A stretch of 64,000 nt of DNA from Pelagomonas calceolata (Eukaryota), in assembly GCA_918797485.1 (NCBI GenBank), contig CAKKNE010000002.1:2418001-2482000 (forward strand), in the 5' to 3' direction. Shown here piece by piece: positions 60,664-64,000 of this stretch. The position numbers and the translations under genes were made by a program. The stretch's first letter is position 1, and each line of letters opens with the position of its first letter. The notes under the pieces were generated by a model. That model searched no databases. It was not told the DNA's origin and worked only from the letters and a program-made list of their open reading frames with translations.

Positions 60664-63600
60664 ATGGGCGTCCCCGCCTTCTTCCAGTGGCTCAAGGAGC
60701 GCTACCCGACGATGATGCACGAGGTGCTCGAGGGCGAGTCGTTAGATAAGGCCGAGGCCAACGCCAAGGAAGAGTCTAGAGATCCGGTCCAGTGGTGCGA
60801 CCACCTCTACCTCGATCTGAACGGGATCGTGCACCCGTGCTGCCACCCGGAGGACGGCCAGCCGCTGCCCAAGGACGAGGACGAGATGCTGACGAGAGTC
60901 GAAGCGCATCTTGACAGATTGATGGAGCTCATGCGGCCGCGGAAGTTTGTGTACTTTGCTCTCGATGGCGTCGCGCCTCGCGCGAAGATGAATCAACAGA
61001 GAACGAGGAGATACGTCGGTGCGCAGGAACGCGCCGAATCGCAAGCAGTAGAGCAGGAGATGCGCGAGGAGATGGTGCGCGAAGGGCGAGCGCCGCCCGA
61101 AGCCGCTGCACAAAAGTGGGACCACAACGTCATCACGCCCGGGACGGAATTCATGCGGAAACTAGCTACGTACTTGAGAGGCTACTGCGCTAGAAGAGCG
61201 GCCAAGCACCCTAGGTGGTCGAAAATATCCTTCGCGTTGTCTGACGCCACAGTCCCGGGCGAAGGCGAGCATAAAATTGTGAATTATGTGCGAGCGTTAC
61301 GGCAACAAACGGGCTACGACCCCAAAACCAGACATTGTATTGTGGGAGAAGACGCGGACCTCATCATGTTATCACTAGCCTTACATGAGGAGAACTTTTG
61401 CGTGCTAAGGAAACGCATGAAGTGGGACGCCCCCGATCTAGATCAAGATGTGGCGGCCGAAGTCGGGGGGAGTGGCAATCCTACCACGAATTGGGCGCTC
61501 GGGCAAGACGAGCAGGGTATTCCGGACGCGGCGCCGTACGGTTTCCATCTGGTGCAGATAGATGTACTGAGAGGGTATCTGAAGGCCTCGTTGGGCGACA
61601 CGCCACTCACAAAGAGAGTGCCACCAGCACAAGCGGCGGACTACCACGAGCGCGTGATTGATGATTTCGTGTTTCTCTGTTTCTTCTGCGGGAACGACTT
61701 TTTGCCTCATTTACCCTCCTTTGATATTCGCGAAGGCGCTTTGGATGTCATCTTCGAACTCTATCGGCGCCGACAAAATACTCAACAACTAGGTGATGCT
61801 TTACTGACGAATGCGGGGACGATCATCCCGTCGAAGACGGCCGCGTTCTTAGCCGCATTAGCTGAAATTGAAGCGCCCATCTTCGAGCGACGCGCGAAAC
61901 GTAGACAAAGGGAACGACTGCCCAAGTCTCAAATCGACTGTAGGGAATTTCTACAGCGCGGCGCGTGCAAGTACGGCGACGCGTGCGAGTTCCGGCACGG
62001 CGACCACTGCCCGCGGGATCGCGCCGACGCGAATTTGAGATTGGAGATCCTGGATTTTTGTCGATCCGACCAAACGGAGAAGGCTTTATCGCCGGAACTA
62101 CCGTCCGGAGCTAGGAAGAAGGCCCACGCCATCTCGGAGGAATTTGGTCTGGACCATGCGTCAGAGGGCGACGGCATGCAGCGCCATTTGGTGTTGAGGA
62201 AAGGTTCCAATTTCTGCCAGGACCGCTTTCCCGCGTCGCGGGACGAGGAGCCCAAAGTGTCTGCGGACCCGAAGATCGCGGCCGATCAATTTTTGGCCGA
62301 GGTCAAGAAACGAGTGGCAGATAAGGCGGGCGAGACGCATTCCGACGACAAGCACAACGCCGTTGGGTTAGGTGAGGGTCCAGGATGGAGAGAAAGATAT
62401 TACCGCATTAAGCTCGAGGCGGACGACCAGACGGTAGGAGATATCTGCCGGGAGTACTGGAAGGGTTTACAGTGGGTTTTATCGTATTACTACGCGGGCT
62501 GCCAGTCGTGGCGGTTTTATTATGATCAACACTACGCTCCTTTTGCCGTTGATCTAGCTGCGCACGCGCCATTGGCGCCACCACATTGGAGTGATGGAGG
62601 GGAGCCCTTCAAGCCCCTGGCGCAATTACTAGCGGTCATCCCACCGGGCTCGGCGCATTGCTTACCAGCGGCCTGCCGATTAGTGATGGACGTGAAAGTG
62701 GACGCGCCGTCACAAGCCGTGGTGGCAGGCGCGAAACGCGCAAAAGATTTGGTAGGTCCCAAAGGCCTGGAAGAACTCTTCCCCACCAAAATTAAATTAG
62801 ACCCGAACGGCCGCAAGCACCAGTGGGAGTGGGTCGCTTTGTTGCCTTTCATGGACGAGCGGCAATTGGAATTGGTGTTAGATTGCGTCTCGGATACCTT
62901 TGACGCGTCGGAGCGAGATCGGAATAGACAAACAAGAGCTTTGGCGGGCGCCGGCGCGGGCTGCCCCGAGCCGCCCTTCGATATCGCATGGTTAGGGTTA
63001 AATAAGTCGGACGAGCCGCCCTACTACTGCTTCGAGGAGCCGAAAGATCTCCAAAGGCACGTGTGCAAGCCGCTCGCGCGCCGGAACACGCAGACGCCGC
63101 TGACCGGCGCCTTAGGTCGAGAAACGGAGCCCGTCTGGACGCCCGGGCGGCCGGCCGGGAAAATAGGCGACTCGGGCGAGCTTAGAAGGCGGCCGCGCAT
63201 GACGCTTGATGAGCTCGAGAGCGCCGGGCGCATGATCCGCCACCAGATGGGCGTCGACGCGCGGCTCCAGCAGCTCCAGCAGCAGGGCGGCTGGCAGGCG
63301 TCGCAAGGGATGCGCGCCGACGCGCCCGCGTATCGCACCGGGCCGCCCGGGGCCCCGGGCGGCGGCTACCCCTACAACGGCGGTGGTGGTGGTGGCATGC
63401 GGGCGACGGCGCCGGCCTACGGCGCCCCGGGCGGCTACGGCGCGCCGGGCGGCTACAACGGCGGCATGCGGGCGAACGCGCCCGCCTACGGGGCGAGCGG
63501 GGGCTACAACCAAGGGTACGGCGGCGGCATGCGCGCGAACGCGCCGGCGTACGGCGGCGGGTACGCCGGCGGCGGCTACAACGGTGGGATGCGGGCGAAC

Positions 63601-63876
63601 GCGCCGGCGTACCAACAGCAGCCGCAATACCTCGCGCCCGGCGGGCTCCAGGCGAACCACCCGCTGCTGATGCGGCGCCCGCCGCCCCAGGCCTACGCGG
63701 CGCCCCCGGCCTACGCGCATTCTGCGCCGCCGGCGAATGGCGGCTACTCTCATTCTGCGCCGCCGGCCGCGAACGCCGACGCCGCGGCCGCGCTGCGAGA
63801 CTCGCTCCGCGGCGCCATGAAACGCTCGGCGCCGCCGGGAGGCCCCGCGCACGATCCGCGGAGACGACGAACGTAG
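60664..63876 (+). CDS. 5'-3' exoribonuclease (XRN2/XRN family) with inserted CCCH and R3H domains and a Gly/Tyr-rich tail
   Basis: MGVPAFFQWL, DHLYLDLNGIVH, DGVAPRAKMNQQR, PGEGEHKI, DADLIMLSL, GNDFLPHLP. Confidence 0.93.
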   Translation: MGVPAFFQWLKERYPTMMHEVLEGESLDKAEANAKEESRDPVQWCDHLYLDLNGIVHPCCHPEDGQPLPKDEDEMLTRVEAHLDRLMELMRPRKFVYFALDGVAPRAKMNQQRTRRYVGAQERAESQAVEQEMREEMVREGRAPPEAAAQKWDHNVITPGTEFMRKLATYLRGYCARRAAKHPRWSKISFALSDATVPGEGEHKIVNYVRALRQQTGYDPKTRHCIVGEDADLIMLSLALHEENFCVLRKRMKWDAPDLDQDVAAEVGGSGNPTTNWALGQDEQGIPDAAPYGFHLVQIDVLRGYLKASLGDTPLTKRVPPAQAADYHERVIDDFVFLCFFCGNDFLPHLPSFDIREGALDVIFELYRRRQNTQQLGDALLTNAGTIIPSKTAAFLAALAEIEAPIFERRAKRRQRERLPKSQIDCREFLQRGACKYGDACEFRHGDHCPRDRADANLRLEILDFCRSDQTEKALSPELPSGARKKAHAISEEFGLDHASEGDGMQRHLVLRKGSNFCQDRFPASRDEEPKVSADPKIAADQFLAEVKKRVADKAGETHSDDKHNAVGLGEGPGWRERYYRIKLEADDQTVGDICREYWKGLQWVLSYYYAGCQSWRFYYDQHYAPFAVDLAAHAPLAPPHWSDGGEPFKPLAQLLAVIPPGSAHCLPAACRLVMDVKVDAPSQAVVAGAKRAKDLVGPKGLEELFPTKIKLDPNGRKHQWEWVALLPFMDERQLELVLDCVSDTFDASERDRNRQTRALAGAGAGCPEPPFDIAWLGLNKSDEPPYYCFEEPKDLQRHVCKPLARRNTQTPLTGALGRETEPVWTPGRPAGKIGDSGELRRRPRMTLDELESAGRMIRHQMGVDARLQQLQQQGGWQASQGMRADAPAYRTGPPGAPGGGYPYNGGGGGGMRATAPAYGAPGGYGAPGGYNGGMRANAPAYGASGGYNQGYGGGMRANAPAYGGGYAGGGYNGGMRANAPAYQQQPQYLAPGGLQANHPLLMRRPPPQAYAAPPAYAHSAPPANGGYSHSAPPAANADAAAALRDSLRGAMKRSAPPGGPAHDPRRRRT

Positions 63877-63927
63877 GAAATTCTCGATCGTTTGTGTAAT
63901 TCATTCGTCGACCGTGGTACACTGAAG

Positions 63928-64000
63928 TTATCCTAGCATACTTCGCAGCGCCTCGACGGCGTCCTCGAGGATCTCGCGCTGCCCATTCCTATAGAATGCG
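63928..64000 (-). CDS. C-terminal fragment of a gene extending beyond the window
   Basis: The minus frame reads AFYRNGQREILEDAVEALRSMLG*, with TAA at 63930-63928. Confidence 0.55.
   Translation of the reverse strand, partial: AFYRNGQREILEDAVEALRSMLG

Noticed and set aside
1267..63922. Many long overlapping Arg/Ala/Pro/Gly-rich ORFs in alternative frames and on the opposite strand (e.g. 1267..3051, 9996..11204, 20333..21634, 45973..47274)
   Set aside because: These are expected shadow ORFs in very GC-rich coding DNA. They lack motifs and overlap well-supported genes.
1..64000. tRNA, rRNA, transposase or viral genes
   Set aside because: None recognised by eye; a tRNAscan/Rfam/HMM search would be needed to exclude them.

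Overview
Gene-dense, very GC-rich eukaryotic DNA with about 30 mostly intronless genes and short intergenic gaps. The style of the introns and the bipartite plastid-targeting peptides points to a pelagophyte alga (Aureococcus/Pelagomonas-like; inferred, not proven). Recognisable products include a 5'-truncated four-repeat cyclic-nucleotide-gated K+ channel, an ABCA transporter, a bestrophin-like channel, an LCIB/theta-CA-like protein, EMC5, an SLC25 carrier, an SLC35B transporter, VAMP7, V-ATPase subunit C and an XRN exoribonuclease. Three results stand out. (1) A 20-25 bp CTAG-bounded motif, consensus GCTAGCG-N1-3-TGTAA(G/C)ACACTAGC, occurs in 16 intergenic regions, almost always upstream of gene starts, and was not noticed inside coding sequence. 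(2) A family of MITE-like introner elements with TIRs, 8-bp TSDs and an internal hairpin is present at several stages of decay; splicing them out repairs three reading frames. (3) Several proteins have unusual architecture or altered catalytic residues: the CNGK-like channel has one degenerate filter, the LCIB-like protein has a myristoylation motif and a Cys-to-Ser change at a Zn ligand, and the XRN carries CCCH and R3H domains plus PAM2-like repeats. All family calls come from motif recognition by eye; no database search was run.
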